DNA of 64,000 nt from positions 13,671 through 77,670 of IMG/VR virus record IMGVR_UViG_3300025815_002670; one strand, written 5' to 3'. Origin of the DNA: a virus. The position numbers were made by a program, and so were the translations under genes. The notes below the pieces were generated by a model. It saw only the letters and a program-made list of their open reading frames with translations. It was not told the DNA's origin and did not search any database. Of this stretch, positions 8,761-19,088 are shown one piece after another; position 1 is the first letter of the stretch; each line of letters starts with the position of its first letter.

Positions 8761-9448
8761 AAAAACTTTGGTAGTTATGGGAAATGGACCATCTTTAAAA
8801 GATATTGATTTTTCACTTTTAAAACATGTTGATACATTCGGACTTAATTCGGCTTATAGAGCATATCGCAGAATGGACTGGTGGCCAACATATCATGGAT
8901 GTTTTGATTATAGAGTTACAGACAACCACAAGGAAGAGTTTATTAACTTGATAGACTCTAAAAAAATACAAAAACATTTCTATATTAGAAACATTAGTTC
9001 TGCATCTAATTTTCAGTTTGTTAATCTTCTAGCTTATGGTTCTACAGATAAGACAAACAATTCTATCCAAGACTTCAATAATTTTCATGATAATGGAAAT
9101 TCTGGAGCGAATGCCTGTTCTGTAGGGATATGCTTAGGGTACAAAAAGATAATACTGCTTGGTGTTGATTGCAATTATATTGAATTTGTAGATGGATGTA
9201 AAAAAGACGGACCAGGAGGTCTAGTGATGGAAAAAACACCAGACAAAAATCCAAACTATTGGTTTGATGACTATCAGCAAAAAGGCGATGAATATAATGT
9301 ACCTGCTGGACTCTCTTTCCATATGCCTACATGGAACATGTTAGCTTATAGAGCAGCGCACGCAGGTGTTGAAATTATTAACTGTAGTCCCATTACAAAT
9401 CTTAGATGTTTTAGGAGAATAAACTTACTGGAAGCGTTAGATGAATAA
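8753..9448 (+). CDS. CstII/GT42-like (or DUF115/Maf-like) ulosonic-acid transferase
   Basis: VMGNGPSLKDIDFSLL..FGLN and NSGANACSVGICLGYKKIILLGVD resemble the conserved blocks of Campylobacter CstII. Confidence 0.6.
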   Translation: MNKKTLVVMGNGPSLKDIDFSLLKHVDTFGLNSAYRAYRRMDWWPTYHGCFDYRVTDNHKEEFINLIDSKKIQKHFYIRNISSASNFQFVNLLAYGSTDKTNNSIQDFNNFHDNGNSGANACSVGICLGYKKIILLGVDCNYIEFVDGCKKDGPGGLVMEKTPDKNPNYWFDDYQQKGDEYNVPAGLSFHMPTWNMLAYRAAHAGVEIINCSPITNLRCFRRINLLEALDE

Positions 9449-9848
9449 AATATTTTCAAAAATAATTCCTAATAAGTTAATACACACTGTTTTTAAAACA
9501 AAAGACATACAAAATAGAATTGATATTTGTCCTCCTGAGCAGTTCCTTCAGTTAGCAGTACTGAGAATGGATAAAGGTAAAACTTTCAAGCCTCATAAAC
9601 ATATATTTAAAAAAGGTGAAGAAAATGTAATTGCTCAAGAGTCATGGACAGTTATTCAAGGATCAGTTAAAGTTTTTTTATATGATCTTGATGACACGAT
9701 TGTATATACTGATATCCTTAAGCCAGGAGACTGTTCTATAACTTTTTACGGTGGACATAACTATGAAATTTTAGAAGATAACACTTTGGTTTATGAACAC
9801 AAAACAGGTCCGTACAAAGGACAAAAATTGGATAAAAAGTTTATATGA
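9441..9848 (+). CDS. Cupin-fold protein (WbuC-like)
   Basis: PHKH...QE...GGHNY..EHKTGPY. Confidence 0.7.
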   Translation: MNKIFSKIIPNKLIHTVFKTKDIQNRIDICPPEQFLQLAVLRMDKGKTFKPHKHIFKKGEENVIAQESWTVIQGSVKVFLYDLDDTIVYTDILKPGDCSITFYGGHNYEILEDNTLVYEHKTGPYKGQKLDKKFI

Positions 9849-10396
9849 TAAAGGTAAATATTGGCTGTGGTTGGAGAAACTTCGGTTCAGAATGGATTCA
9901 CATTGATGGTGGAGATTATTCTCATTTAGATTACAGAACAGATAGATTACAAGACTTAAGTTTTTTTAAAAGTTGTACCATTGACCTAATTTATTCATCA
10001 CATGTGATTGAATACTACGATCGAGAAAAAATTAAAGACGTGCTGAAAGAGTGGAAAAGAGTTTTAAAACCTGGCGGTGTTATAAGAATTGCCGTGCCAG
10101 ATTTTGAGGTATTAAGCTATCTATATTCCACAAGACAAGTAAAACTATCTCAAATTATTGGACCTCTTTATGGGAAGATGGAAATGGGAGATAAAGAAAT
10201 ATTTCATAAAACGGTGTATGATTTTGATAGCTTAAAAGATGTTCTAGAGGATGTTGGTTTTCATAGTGTCACGCGTTATGACTGGAGAGAGACCGAGCAT
10301 GTAAGATACGATGATCATTCTCAAGCATATATTCCTCATATGGACAAAAACAACGGTACACTCATCAGTCTAAACGTCGAGGCATACAAAAAATGA
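9845..10396 (+). CDS. Class I SAM-dependent methyltransferase
   Basis: VNIGCG, DLIYSSHVIE, RVLKPGG, AVPD. Confidence 0.85.
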   Translation: MIKVNIGCGWRNFGSEWIHIDGGDYSHLDYRTDRLQDLSFFKSCTIDLIYSSHVIEYYDREKIKDVLKEWKRVLKPGGVIRIAVPDFEVLSYLYSTRQVKLSQIIGPLYGKMEMGDKEIFHKTVYDFDSLKDVLEDVGFHSVTRYDWRETEHVRYDDHSQAYIPHMDKNNGTLISLNVEAYKK

Positions 10397-10983
10397 ATTT
10401 TGATGTCGTAACACAGTTTGAAGATAAGGTAGCAAATTATTTTGGCTCTCCTTTTGCAATAGCGGTTGATTCATGTACTCATGGATTAGAAATATGTTTG
10501 AGATATAAAAACATTAAAAAACTTGTAGTTCCTAAGAGAACTTACATTTCTGTTCCATTTTTAGCAAATAAGCTCAATATTGATTTAGAATGGAAAGAAG
10601 AATCTTGGACCGATTTTTATGAGATTGGGGATACAAAAATATTTGACGCCGCTGTATTATGGCGTTATAATAGTTATGTATCTGGAACAATGATGTGTCT
10701 TAGTTTCCAATATCGAAAGCATCTTAGTCTTGGCAGAGGGGGAATGATATTACTGGATGACCCTACGGCTGCGATAGAGTTAAAGAAGATGTCTTACGAC
10801 GGAAGGCTTCCAGATATCCCTTGGAGGGAACAAGATATTAATTCCTTTGGATATCATTATTATATGACACCAGAGACGGCACAACTTGGTTTAGATAAAC
10901 TACCACAAGCTATAGAATCTGAACCAAAAAAATGGACAGTTACCGACTGGCCCGATCTTACAAAAATGGAGATTTTTAAGTGA
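10393..10983 (+). CDS. Short DegT/DnrJ/EryC1/StrS-family PLP enzyme (196 aa)
   Basis: AVDSCTHGL, FDAA, SFQYRKHLSLGRGG with the PLP lysine. Confidence 0.75.
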   Translation: MNFDVVTQFEDKVANYFGSPFAIAVDSCTHGLEICLRYKNIKKLVVPKRTYISVPFLANKLNIDLEWKEESWTDFYEIGDTKIFDAAVLWRYNSYVSGTMMCLSFQYRKHLSLGRGGMILLDDPTAAIELKKMSYDGRLPDIPWREQDINSFGYHYYMTPETAQLGLDKLPQAIESEPKKWTVTDWPDLTKMEIFK

Positions 10984-11945
10984 AAAAAGCACTAATAACA
11001 GGAATAAATGGACAAGACGGAAGCTATTTAGCCGAACACCTACTATCACTAGGATATGAAGTCCATGGTATGGTTAGAAGACACTCTGTAGCTGAGAATC
11101 AAAATTCTAGACTGCACCACTTAAATGGCTCTATTCACACTCATTACGGTGACTTGCTTGATTATCCATCTTTAGTAAGAGTAGTGTCCAAGGTCATGCC
11201 AGATGAAATTTATAACTTAGGTGCTATGAGTCATGTGCGTATTAGTTTTGATATGCCATCATTTACCATTCAGACTAACGCTCTTGGAGTATTAAATATT
11301 CTTGAAGTATATCGAACGGTTTGTCCTGTCGCTAAGTTCTATCAAGCCAGTTCCTCAGAGATGTTTGGCAACTCTGTAGATGAGGATGGGGTACAAAGAC
11401 TAACAACCCCTATGAACCCCGTGAGCCCATATGGGTGTGCAAAGGTAATGGGCTTTAATCTTGTTAGGCATTATCGTCACGCTTATGGTTTACACGCCTG
11501 TAATGGTATTCTTTTTAATCACGAGTCTCCACGGCGAGGTTCTAACTTTGTAACCAACAAGGTTGTAAAAGGTGCCGTAGCGATTAAGAAAGGTCTTCAA
11601 GATAAGCTAGAACTCGGAAATATGGATTCATATCGAGACTGGGGCCATTCGAAAGATTATGTTCGAGCAATGCACATGATTCTAAATCATGAGACTCCTG
11701 ACGAGTTTATTGTCGCCACTGGCGAGACTCATTCAGTTAGGGATCTTTGCGAAGTTGTTTTTGCAAAGCTTGGCATGGATTATCGAGACTATATTGTTCA
11801 GAACCCAAAGTATATGAGACCAGAAGAATTGAAATATCTCAAGGGAGACCCTTCAAAGGCTAGAGAAGTTTTAGGATGGCACCCAGACTACACTTTTGAG
11901 ACTATGCTGAACGAAATGATAGAAAGATGGGAGACTGAGTTGTGA
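10980..11945 (+). CDS. gmd: GDP-mannose 4,6-dehydratase
   Basis: ITGINGQDGSYLA, YQASSSEMFG, SPYGCAK, ILFNHESPRRG, RDWGH. Confidence 0.95.
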   Translation: MKKALITGINGQDGSYLAEHLLSLGYEVHGMVRRHSVAENQNSRLHHLNGSIHTHYGDLLDYPSLVRVVSKVMPDEIYNLGAMSHVRISFDMPSFTIQTNALGVLNILEVYRTVCPVAKFYQASSSEMFGNSVDEDGVQRLTTPMNPVSPYGCAKVMGFNLVRHYRHAYGLHACNGILFNHESPRRGSNFVTNKVVKGAVAIKKGLQDKLELGNMDSYRDWGHSKDYVRAMHMILNHETPDEFIVATGETHSVRDLCEVVFAKLGMDYRDYIVQNPKYMRPEELKYLKGDPSKAREVLGWHPDYTFETMLNEMIERWETEL

Positions 11946-13846
11946 ATTCACAGAAAAGAGTATGTGTCTTGCAGGTCACTCCTGAAACACCTAACCCTAA
12001 GCATGTCGAGTTATTTCACAATAAAGCAGATTGTGATTTCTTCTTTGTTACGCACGATAGTCCACACAAAGATGCTTTACAATTTTGTCCAAACACAACT
12101 TGGACAGACACGAGAAACATCTTGGCTGCCAAAGTGACAAAAAATTATGAATATTATGCATTTGTAGATTATGACTATATTTTTCGACCTCTAGGGGAGT
12201 TAGGTGTTCTAGAACAAATACTTCACGACCTTGAGGAATATAATCCAGCAGTCCTTACTTTTTACCCCGGTAATGGTATGACAACGCCTTTTGCCGCTAA
12301 CGTAGCTTATAGAGATAGCAAAGATTACTCTATCTTACCCTTCAGCCATTGCGGCTTAAAGATTATACACCACAGCCTTCTCAAATGGTTTTTTCCCATG
12401 GTTACGCGCTTCGGCGGTGGAGTAGAGGCTTGCCATTTATTCAACATACTTGAGATACCCTTCTTGAAAAATGTAGTGTGTAGTCATCAAATGGTTTATG
12501 ATAATGGAGTGACTGACTTTGACGCTCCTCACAATCAAGATGGTGCTTGGAGCGACTATTGTATGAATGAAATGTGGAAGTGGATAAAGCCATCTTTCAA
12601 GAAAAACAATCTTTTAGATTCTCAGGCGTCAAGCAATGCAGAAAAAATGAGTTCACTTCTGATTAAAAAAGTCTTTCAAAACATATTTGTAACAAAAAAT
12701 ATACAACCTCTTAAGAGTGGTAGAGTAGAGAATTACTTTGACCGTGAGAGGATTGAAAAGTTTTTTAATTTTTTTCACGAAAGATTTCAAAATTTTGACT
12801 GTAATTTAGATGCGCAATTGTCGCATATTACTTCTGATGATATGGGCAGGGTTACTTCTCGTTTGACGAAGATTGAGTTTGCAGATTTAAATGTGCAAGA
12901 AAACCCTTGGATCCAAATCACAGCGGATATAAACAAAGAAATTAAAGAAAGCAGAAAGCTTACGACATCTGAAGTTGTTGAAATATACCAGAAGACAGCA
13001 GGTTCTTCTTTGTTTTACAACTCTCACAATAAAGATCCTAGACTAGAAGAGTTTCTAAAAGACAAGAGGGTGGCGTTTGTTGGACCTGCACCGTATCTTA
13101 ATGGAAGCGGTAAAGGTGCTTTGATTGACTCATACGATGTAGTTGTGAGAATACAACATGGTATACCCAATATAGAAGATTACGGCTCTAGAACAGATGT
13201 GGTTCAAAGCTGCTTGAACTCAAATTATGGCCCACCTTTGGTGAGATACTTGGAATCTATTCCACCAGAACAACGACCAGATTTTGTTATTTGTAACGAT
13301 ACAGCGAGTCAGCAAAAAAGAGATGGAAGCTGGGCTCTTGTAGATGAAATCTATGAGTCTATTTTTGAAAATCTTTCTATACCTTTTGTGCATTTGAAAA
13401 ACCAAGATTCCACTTGGGATCGCTGGGGTTTGTACTGGGAAATCTACGCTAAACAACACATTGAGAAGTTTGCAAAAGGCAGTTATACAATATATTCTGC
13501 TAATTTTAATTCTGGATATGGTGCCCTAAATGTCTTGCTGGGCTACCCTTTGAGGGAGTTAGCAGTATTTGGAGTTGACTTCTATAACACAGGAATACCA
13601 CAAAATGATGCACAAAAGTACAATAATCAGTATACTAGTACATATGGTGCCTCTGGCACCCCTAACGGTCCAGATAAAGTCCTCCACGATCAGATTTCAC
13701 AAATAATGCATTGTAAAAATGTTTTATTGAGAGATTCTAGGTTTAAATTGGATGAGCCTGTACTTAGACTGTTGAATCAAGAAAGTATTAATTCTAGAAT
13801 CAACAAATTTGTATTGTTACCAAAATTTAAAAACGAGACGAGATAA
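11942..13846 (+). CDS. Two-domain glycosyltransferase: N-terminal DxD domain plus C-terminal GT29 sialyltransferase-like domain
   Basis: YAFVDYDY; KRVAFVGPAPYLNGSGKGALIDSYDVVVRI (sialylmotif L-like); NSGYGALNVLL..LAVFGVDFY (motif S-like). Confidence 0.6.
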   Translation: MNSQKRVCVLQVTPETPNPKHVELFHNKADCDFFFVTHDSPHKDALQFCPNTTWTDTRNILAAKVTKNYEYYAFVDYDYIFRPLGELGVLEQILHDLEEYNPAVLTFYPGNGMTTPFAANVAYRDSKDYSILPFSHCGLKIIHHSLLKWFFPMVTRFGGGVEACHLFNILEIPFLKNVVCSHQMVYDNGVTDFDAPHNQDGAWSDYCMNEMWKWIKPSFKKNNLLDSQASSNAEKMSSLLIKKVFQNIFVTKNIQPLKSGRVENYFDRERIEKFFNFFHERFQNFDCNLDAQLSHITSDDMGRVTSRLTKIEFADLNVQENPWIQITADINKEIKESRKLTTSEVVEIYQKTAGSSLFYNSHNKDPRLEEFLKDKRVAFVGPAPYLNGSGKGALIDSYDVVVRIQHGIPNIEDYGSRTDVVQSCLNSNYGPPLVRYLESIPPEQRPDFVICNDTASQQKRDGSWALVDEIYESIFENLSIPFVHLKNQDSTWDRWGLYWEIYAKQHIEKFAKGSYTIYSANFNSGYGALNVLLGYPLRELAVFGVDFYNTGIPQNDAQKYNNQYTSTYGASGTPNGPDKVLHDQISQIMHCKNVLLRDSRFKLDEPVLRLLNQESINSRINKFVLLPKFKNETR

Positions 13847-14274
13847 TGGGTATTAAAACTAATTCAGACTCTAACCTTGTTAGTGTCTTAGAAAATGATG
13901 GAGTTCCATACTCCGAACTTATAAAATATGAAAACTATTCAACAGTTAATTTGCAAGAACTTAGAGAAGATCTTGGTATGGGTTCTTGGGCAGTAAGGAT
14001 TGCGTACAATGATTTGTTTGGTGGTGTTGTTATACAGCAACACCCCGGAGAAGGAAACAGAAAGCACTTTCATCCAGATGCCGATGAAAATTGGGTAATC
14101 TTGGATGGCGAATGGGAATGGTGGATTCAGGGGATAGGAACTCGTAGAGTAACCAAGAATGACATCATTGTGGTTCCAAAGAATACTTGGCACCACATAA
14201 GATGTGTTGGTGATAAGCCGGGTGTTAGATATGCCATTACTCGTCCTGATGTGAATCATGTCTACGAAGAGTGA
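13846..14274 (+). CDS. Cupin domain protein
   Basis: HFHPDADENW...VPKNTWHHI. Confidence 0.8.
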   Translation: MGIKTNSDSNLVSVLENDGVPYSELIKYENYSTVNLQELREDLGMGSWAVRIAYNDLFGGVVIQQHPGEGNRKHFHPDADENWVILDGEWEWWIQGIGTRRVTKNDIIVVPKNTWHHIRCVGDKPGVRYAITRPDVNHVYEE

Positions 14275-14980
14275 TATTTGTTTTAACTTTTCTGGTAAGA
14301 CTGTGATTGTATTCGGTGGAAGTAGAGGGATAGGTAAAGAAATCTGTCGCCTCTTTTCCGATTCTGGAGCCACGGTTTACAATGCTTCTAGAACTCCTTC
14401 ATTATTAGAATCTGTTATTGATTTAAAATGTGATTTACAGAGCACAGATGAAATAAAAGAAGTATTTTCTCAATTTAAAAAAGTAGATTTTGTAATCAAT
14501 GTGGCCGGCACGAATCTATGTGAACCAATTGAAAAAATTAGTGTTGATGAGTGGGACAGATTAATGAACGTTAATCTAAAATCTTTTTTTATAATTTGTA
14601 AAGAAGCCGTAAGGGTAATGAAAAAGAACAACTATGGAAAAATAGTCAATGTCTCGTCAATAGCCGGAAGGAGCAAAAGTATTGTAAGTGGAGTGCATTA
14701 CACTTCCAGTAAATATGGTATAATAGGTTTAACAAAGCAGCTTTCTAATGAAGTTTCGAAATTCAATATACTTGTAAATTGTGTTTGTCCAAGTCAAACA
14801 ATGACTAAAATGCTGCAAGAATCTATGTCCACTGAGGCCATAATGAAATTAGAAGAAAAAATACCTGTTAGAAGAGTAGCTACAACAACCGAACAGGCTC
14901 TTCCTGTTCTATTTTTATGTTCGTCTGCCGCTTCTTATATTGCAGGGACAGTGATTGATATCAATGGAGGGCAACTCTGA
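14258..14980 (+). CDS. SDR-family oxidoreductase
   Basis: GGSRGIG, NVAG, NVSS, YTSSK, INGG. Confidence 0.9.
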   Translation: MSTKSDICFNFSGKTVIVFGGSRGIGKEICRLFSDSGATVYNASRTPSLLESVIDLKCDLQSTDEIKEVFSQFKKVDFVINVAGTNLCEPIEKISVDEWDRLMNVNLKSFFIICKEAVRVMKKNNYGKIVNVSSIAGRSKSIVSGVHYTSSKYGIIGLTKQLSNEVSKFNILVNCVCPSQTMTKMLQESMSTEAIMKLEEKIPVRRVATTTEQALPVLFLCSSAASYIAGTVIDINGGQL

Positions 14981-15648
14981 TGCCAAGAGAAGTAGATATA
15001 AACGTCCTGATTGCTGTCCGTGGTGGCTCAAAGAGAGTTCCAAGAAAAAATATTAGACCCTTCGGGGGTTCTAACATGCTTACGTTAAAAGTGCAACAGG
15101 CTCTTAGACTCTCTAATGTCAACAAGGTAATTGTAACATCGGACAACGAAGAGATGTTGAATATTGCATCAGAACTTGGTGCTCATGTAATGAAGAGAGA
15201 CCCATATTATGCTAGTGATACTGTGCCCATGGGAGATGTTTATGTTCATCTTGCCTCATCTCTAGATTGCAAAGATATTCTCTGGACACCAGTTACGAGT
15301 CCGCTTGTCAAAGACGAAACAGTGCAAGAATGTATACAAACTTATATTGATAATGAGCAGCATGATTCAGTTGTAACAACAAATATAATAAAAGAATACA
15401 TGTGGCTTGGAAACAAAGCAATAAATTATGATCCCAAGAATCACCCACGTTCTCAAGATTTGCCGAATATATATGCTTTAAATTTTGCTGTCAATATCTT
15501 GCCACGAAAACTAATGATAAAGAATAAAAATATATTAGGAGACAATTTTTATCCATACACGTTAGATGAAGTAGAGGCGGTTGATGTTGATACAGAGTTT
15601 GAATTTATGCTTGCTGAAACACTATATGAAAAGTTAAGAAAAAAATGA
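14980..15648 (+). CDS. CMP-ulosonic acid synthetase (NeuA/PseF-like cytidylyltransferase)
   Basis: AVRGGSKRVPRKN, VTSD, TSPL, RSQDLP, VDVDTEFEF. Confidence 0.88.
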   Translation: MPREVDINVLIAVRGGSKRVPRKNIRPFGGSNMLTLKVQQALRLSNVNKVIVTSDNEEMLNIASELGAHVMKRDPYYASDTVPMGDVYVHLASSLDCKDILWTPVTSPLVKDETVQECIQTYIDNEQHDSVVTTNIIKEYMWLGNKAINYDPKNHPRSQDLPNIYALNFAVNILPRKLMIKNKNILGDNFYPYTLDEVEAVDVDTEFEFMLAETLYEKLRKK

Positions 15649-16574
15649 AAAACATAAAAGTTTTTATTGTCACCTACAGAAGACCTAAGATTCTTAATCA
15701 AACATTAAGAAGGCTATTTAATGAGACAGATTTTGCAAATGTCAAGAATACTGAGGTAAACATCATCAATAATCATAGCGAGTTTACTCTTGATGATGAA
15801 TTTGCAGATAAAATCAATGTGATTCATAACAATGCTAGACCTGATTGGGATACTGGCAATCTTGCAAGAAATTGGAATCAAGCATTAATTCACGGCTTCA
15901 AGGATCTAAACAATCCAGATGCTAAGATTGTTGTAACAATGCAGAATGATATTGTCCTGAGTTCAAATTGGGTTTCTAATCTTTTAAGGATGCATCAGAA
16001 ATATACGTTTATTACTGGACAGCTTGGCGATAACATCATAAGTTATCGTCCAGAGGCAGTTAAAAAGATAGGTATGTGGGATGAGAGATTTCTTACGCCT
16101 GCCAATAAAGAAGCCGACTACTACATTAGGGCTCTAATTTACAATAAAGAAAAGTCGATGATTGGCGATAAAGTTCATGGCAGGCTCCTCAATTCTCATG
16201 ATGCTCTTGAGTTAGATACAAGTGAATATCTTGGAGACGAAGCAAAATGGAGAAAAGAAAAAAGCAATGATATATCACGCGAAGCCTGGTATCATACATC
16301 ACAAATTTTTTATTGGAAATGGAAAGATACTTGGAAGACCCAGCCTAGCTATTATGGGTGGCTAACAAGGTGGAGTAAAGAATTTGTTGATAATCCTCCA
16401 ACCCCACCAAAAGTTCCAAATTTTATACAATACTATTATTTTGAAAAAGATATTGAACTTAGTGACAAAAATTATGTAGGATGGAGAGAGGGTGATTGTT
16501 GGCTAGATGCCAATAAGTGTCTTGACATAGATACCCACCCATTTAAAGAAGAGCAGAGATTTAGAAATGATTAA
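15645..16574 (+). CDS. GT-A (GT2-like) glycosyltransferase
   Basis: IVTYRR, ARNWNQ, QND, IGMWDERF, EADYYIR. Confidence 0.75.
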   Translation: MKNIKVFIVTYRRPKILNQTLRRLFNETDFANVKNTEVNIINNHSEFTLDDEFADKINVIHNNARPDWDTGNLARNWNQALIHGFKDLNNPDAKIVVTMQNDIVLSSNWVSNLLRMHQKYTFITGQLGDNIISYRPEAVKKIGMWDERFLTPANKEADYYIRALIYNKEKSMIGDKVHGRLLNSHDALELDTSEYLGDEAKWRKEKSNDISREAWYHTSQIFYWKWKDTWKTQPSYYGWLTRWSKEFVDNPPTPPKVPNFIQYYYFEKDIELSDKNYVGWREGDCWLDANKCLDIDTHPFKEEQRFRND

Positions 16575-17937
16575 ATTAGTTGTATTTGATTTAGATGGCG
16601 TCTTGGTTGACGCCCGTGAGCTTCACTATGATGCTTTAAACCTGGCTTTGGCAGAGGTTGGGGAAGAATATGTTATAAATCGTTCAGAGCACCTCTCTAC
16701 TTACGATGGACTCTCTACCAGAAAAAAGCTTGGAATGCTTACTCTCAATAAGGGTTTGCCTGAAAATATGCATGACTTCGTGTGGAGAACAAAGCAGAAA
16801 AAGACAGTAGAAATTATCGATGATTTTGCACCAGATTTTAGAATACAAAACATACTAAAGAAGTTGAAGTCTGATGGCTACATGGTTGCTTGCGCTACAA
16901 ATTCTATTAGAGAAACAGCTAAATTACAGTTAATTAGAAAAGGATTTTTTGAATACATCGATTTTCTTTACACCAATCAAGATGTAAATAAGCCTAAGCC
17001 AAGTTCCGAAATCTACATGAGGTGTATGCTAAAGGCTGATGTAGATCCAAACGAAACTCTTGTTGTAGAAGATTCACATCATGGCAGAAAGGCTGCCCTT
17101 AACAGTGGTGCTTACCTTTGTCCTGTTAAGAATAGTGGCGATGTAACATATGAAAAAATTAATGAGCATATCCAAAATATAAATAAAACCAATATAATAA
17201 AGCCAAAGTGGCAAGGTGGTAAAATGAATGTTCTAATTCCAATGGCCGGCGCCGGCTCTAGATTTCAGAGCGCGGGCTATACTTTTCCAAAACCTCTTAT
17301 CGAAGTTAGGGGCAAACCCATGATTCAACTCGTTGTAGAGAATCTAAATATTGACGCTAGGCACATCTTTGTTGTTCAGAAGTCTCATTATGAACAATAT
17401 AACTTAAAACATCTTTTAAGTCTCATATCTCCGGGCTGCGAAATAGTTCAAGTAGATGGTATGACTGAAGGTGCAGCTTGTACTACTCTATTAGCAAAAC
17501 AATTTATAAACAACGATGAGCCTCTAGTATTTGCTAATTCTGATCAGTTTCTGGATTGGGACAGCAATGAATTCATGTATTCTATGGAAGCAGATGAAAT
17601 AGATGGCGGTATGTTAACATTTAAAGCCACACACCCTAAGTGGAGTTTTGCAAAATTAGACGAGTACGGATATGTTTCTGAAGTAGCAGAAAAGAAAACT
17701 ATCAGTGATATCGCAACAGCAGGAATTTACTATTGGAAACATGGTAGAGACTATGTTAAGTACGCTGAACAAATGATAGAAAATAACATAAGATTTAATA
17801 ATGAATTCTATGTCTGTCCCGTTTTTAATGAAGCAATAAGCGATGGAAAGAAAATCAAGACTTTCCACTTTGATGGGATGTGGGGTATAGGAACTCCAGA
17901 AGACTTAGATTATTTCAACAAATTTCATAAGAGGTAA
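16567..17937 (+). CDS. HAD phosphatase fused to sugar-phosphate nucleotidyltransferase
   Basis: FDLDGV, KP, EDS (HAD); then MNVLIPMAGAGSRF..PKPLI, ANSDQ, EKK, GTPEDL. Confidence 0.88.
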   Translation: MIKLVVFDLDGVLVDARELHYDALNLALAEVGEEYVINRSEHLSTYDGLSTRKKLGMLTLNKGLPENMHDFVWRTKQKKTVEIIDDFAPDFRIQNILKKLKSDGYMVACATNSIRETAKLQLIRKGFFEYIDFLYTNQDVNKPKPSSEIYMRCMLKADVDPNETLVVEDSHHGRKAALNSGAYLCPVKNSGDVTYEKINEHIQNINKTNIIKPKWQGGKMNVLIPMAGAGSRFQSAGYTFPKPLIEVRGKPMIQLVVENLNIDARHIFVVQKSHYEQYNLKHLLSLISPGCEIVQVDGMTEGAACTTLLAKQFINNDEPLVFANSDQFLDWDSNEFMYSMEADEIDGGMLTFKATHPKWSFAKLDEYGYVSEVAEKKTISDIATAGIYYWKHGRDYVKYAEQMIENNIRFNNEFYVCPVFNEAISDGKKIKTFHFDGMWGIGTPEDLDYFNKFHKR

Positions 17938-17940
17938 ATA

Positions 17941-18636
17941 ATGGAACTAAAAGAATTAGAGATCATAGATGCATCACAGAAACTCTATGATGCATTTAAT
18001 GGGTTCATACTTAGTTCGGACACAAAAGTCTTTGGGAAACTGTTAGCAAGAACGCTGTTAATGAATCAGGTAAAAGACTTGCCTGGAGACATTGTTGAAT
18101 GTGGAGTGTTCAAGGGCACAGGGATGCTTTCTTTTCTTAAACTAAAAAGATTTCTCTGCCCAAACAGTGGCAAAAAAGTTATTGGATTTGATTTTTTTAA
18201 TTCTGAAGGCTTAGTTGATAGTCTTTCTGGCCAAGATAAAGAGGCTATGTCTACATTATTTGAAAAGAGAAATTACAAACACGATGCCGAACATGTAAAC
18301 AAGTTTAAAGATGTAATTTTGAACTTTGGATTTGAAGAATATGAGTTTGAACTTGTGCAAGGCGATATTGCATCCACTGCACATTCTTATGTCTCGGAAA
18401 GGCCGGGATTTAGAATATCACTTTTATATCTTGATTTAGATTTAGATGTTCCAACATATGAAACACTTAGCGCCATGTGGGATAGGGTTGTAAAGGGCGG
18501 GATTGTAGTGTTTGACGAATATGCTTTTCACAAGTGGTCGGAAGCTGCTGGTGTTGATCGATTTTTTTCTGACAAAGAAGTGGAAATTAAAACTTTAAAC
18601 TATATTTGTCCATCTGCTTATGTTATAAAAAAATGA
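17941..18636 (+). CDS. TylF/MycF-family O-methyltransferase
   Basis: GDIVECGVFKG, GFDFF, LYLDLDL, GGIVVFDEY. Confidence 0.85.
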   Translation: MELKELEIIDASQKLYDAFNGFILSSDTKVFGKLLARTLLMNQVKDLPGDIVECGVFKGTGMLSFLKLKRFLCPNSGKKVIGFDFFNSEGLVDSLSGQDKEAMSTLFEKRNYKHDAEHVNKFKDVILNFGFEEYEFELVQGDIASTAHSYVSERPGFRISLLYLDLDLDVPTYETLSAMWDRVVKGGIVVFDEYAFHKWSEAAGVDRFFSDKEVEIKTLNYICPSAYVIKK

Positions 18637-19088
18637 TTTTAATAGCACACCGTGGAAACACTAATGGACCAAACCCAAAACAAGAAAATAATCCTAAATA
18701 TATTGACTATGCGATTAAAAAAGGTTATGATGTAGAAATAGATGTAAGAGGTTCTTCTTTGTCTGAAATTTATTTGGGACACGACTATGAACAATATAAA
18801 GTATCGTTTAATTGGTTAATAAAAAGAATTAAGAATTTATGGATTCACGCAAAAGACATAGAAGCTTTATACCAGTTTACGGAGCCAGGAATAGAATGGA
18901 ACTGTTTTTGGCATGAAGAGGACAGGCACACATTAACAACACACGGCTATATCTGGGCATATCCAGGTAGCGCTTTGACACATAGATCAATATGCGTAAT
19001 GCCAGAGGCTGCTCCTACTCAATATACACAGAGTGAGATACAACTTTGTGCTGGTATTTGTTCAGATTTTATAGAGAAGTATAGATGA
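18633..19088 (+). CDS. Glycerophosphodiester phosphodiesterase-like protein
   Basis: LIAHRGN, EN, DVEIDV, LGHD, GICSD; ATG 18633 overlaps the upstream stop. Confidence 0.75.
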   Translation: MILIAHRGNTNGPNPKQENNPKYIDYAIKKGYDVEIDVRGSSLSEIYLGHDYEQYKVSFNWLIKRIKNLWIHAKDIEALYQFTEPGIEWNCFWHEEDRHTLTTHGYIWAYPGSALTHRSICVMPEAAPTQYTQSEIQLCAGICSDFIEKYR

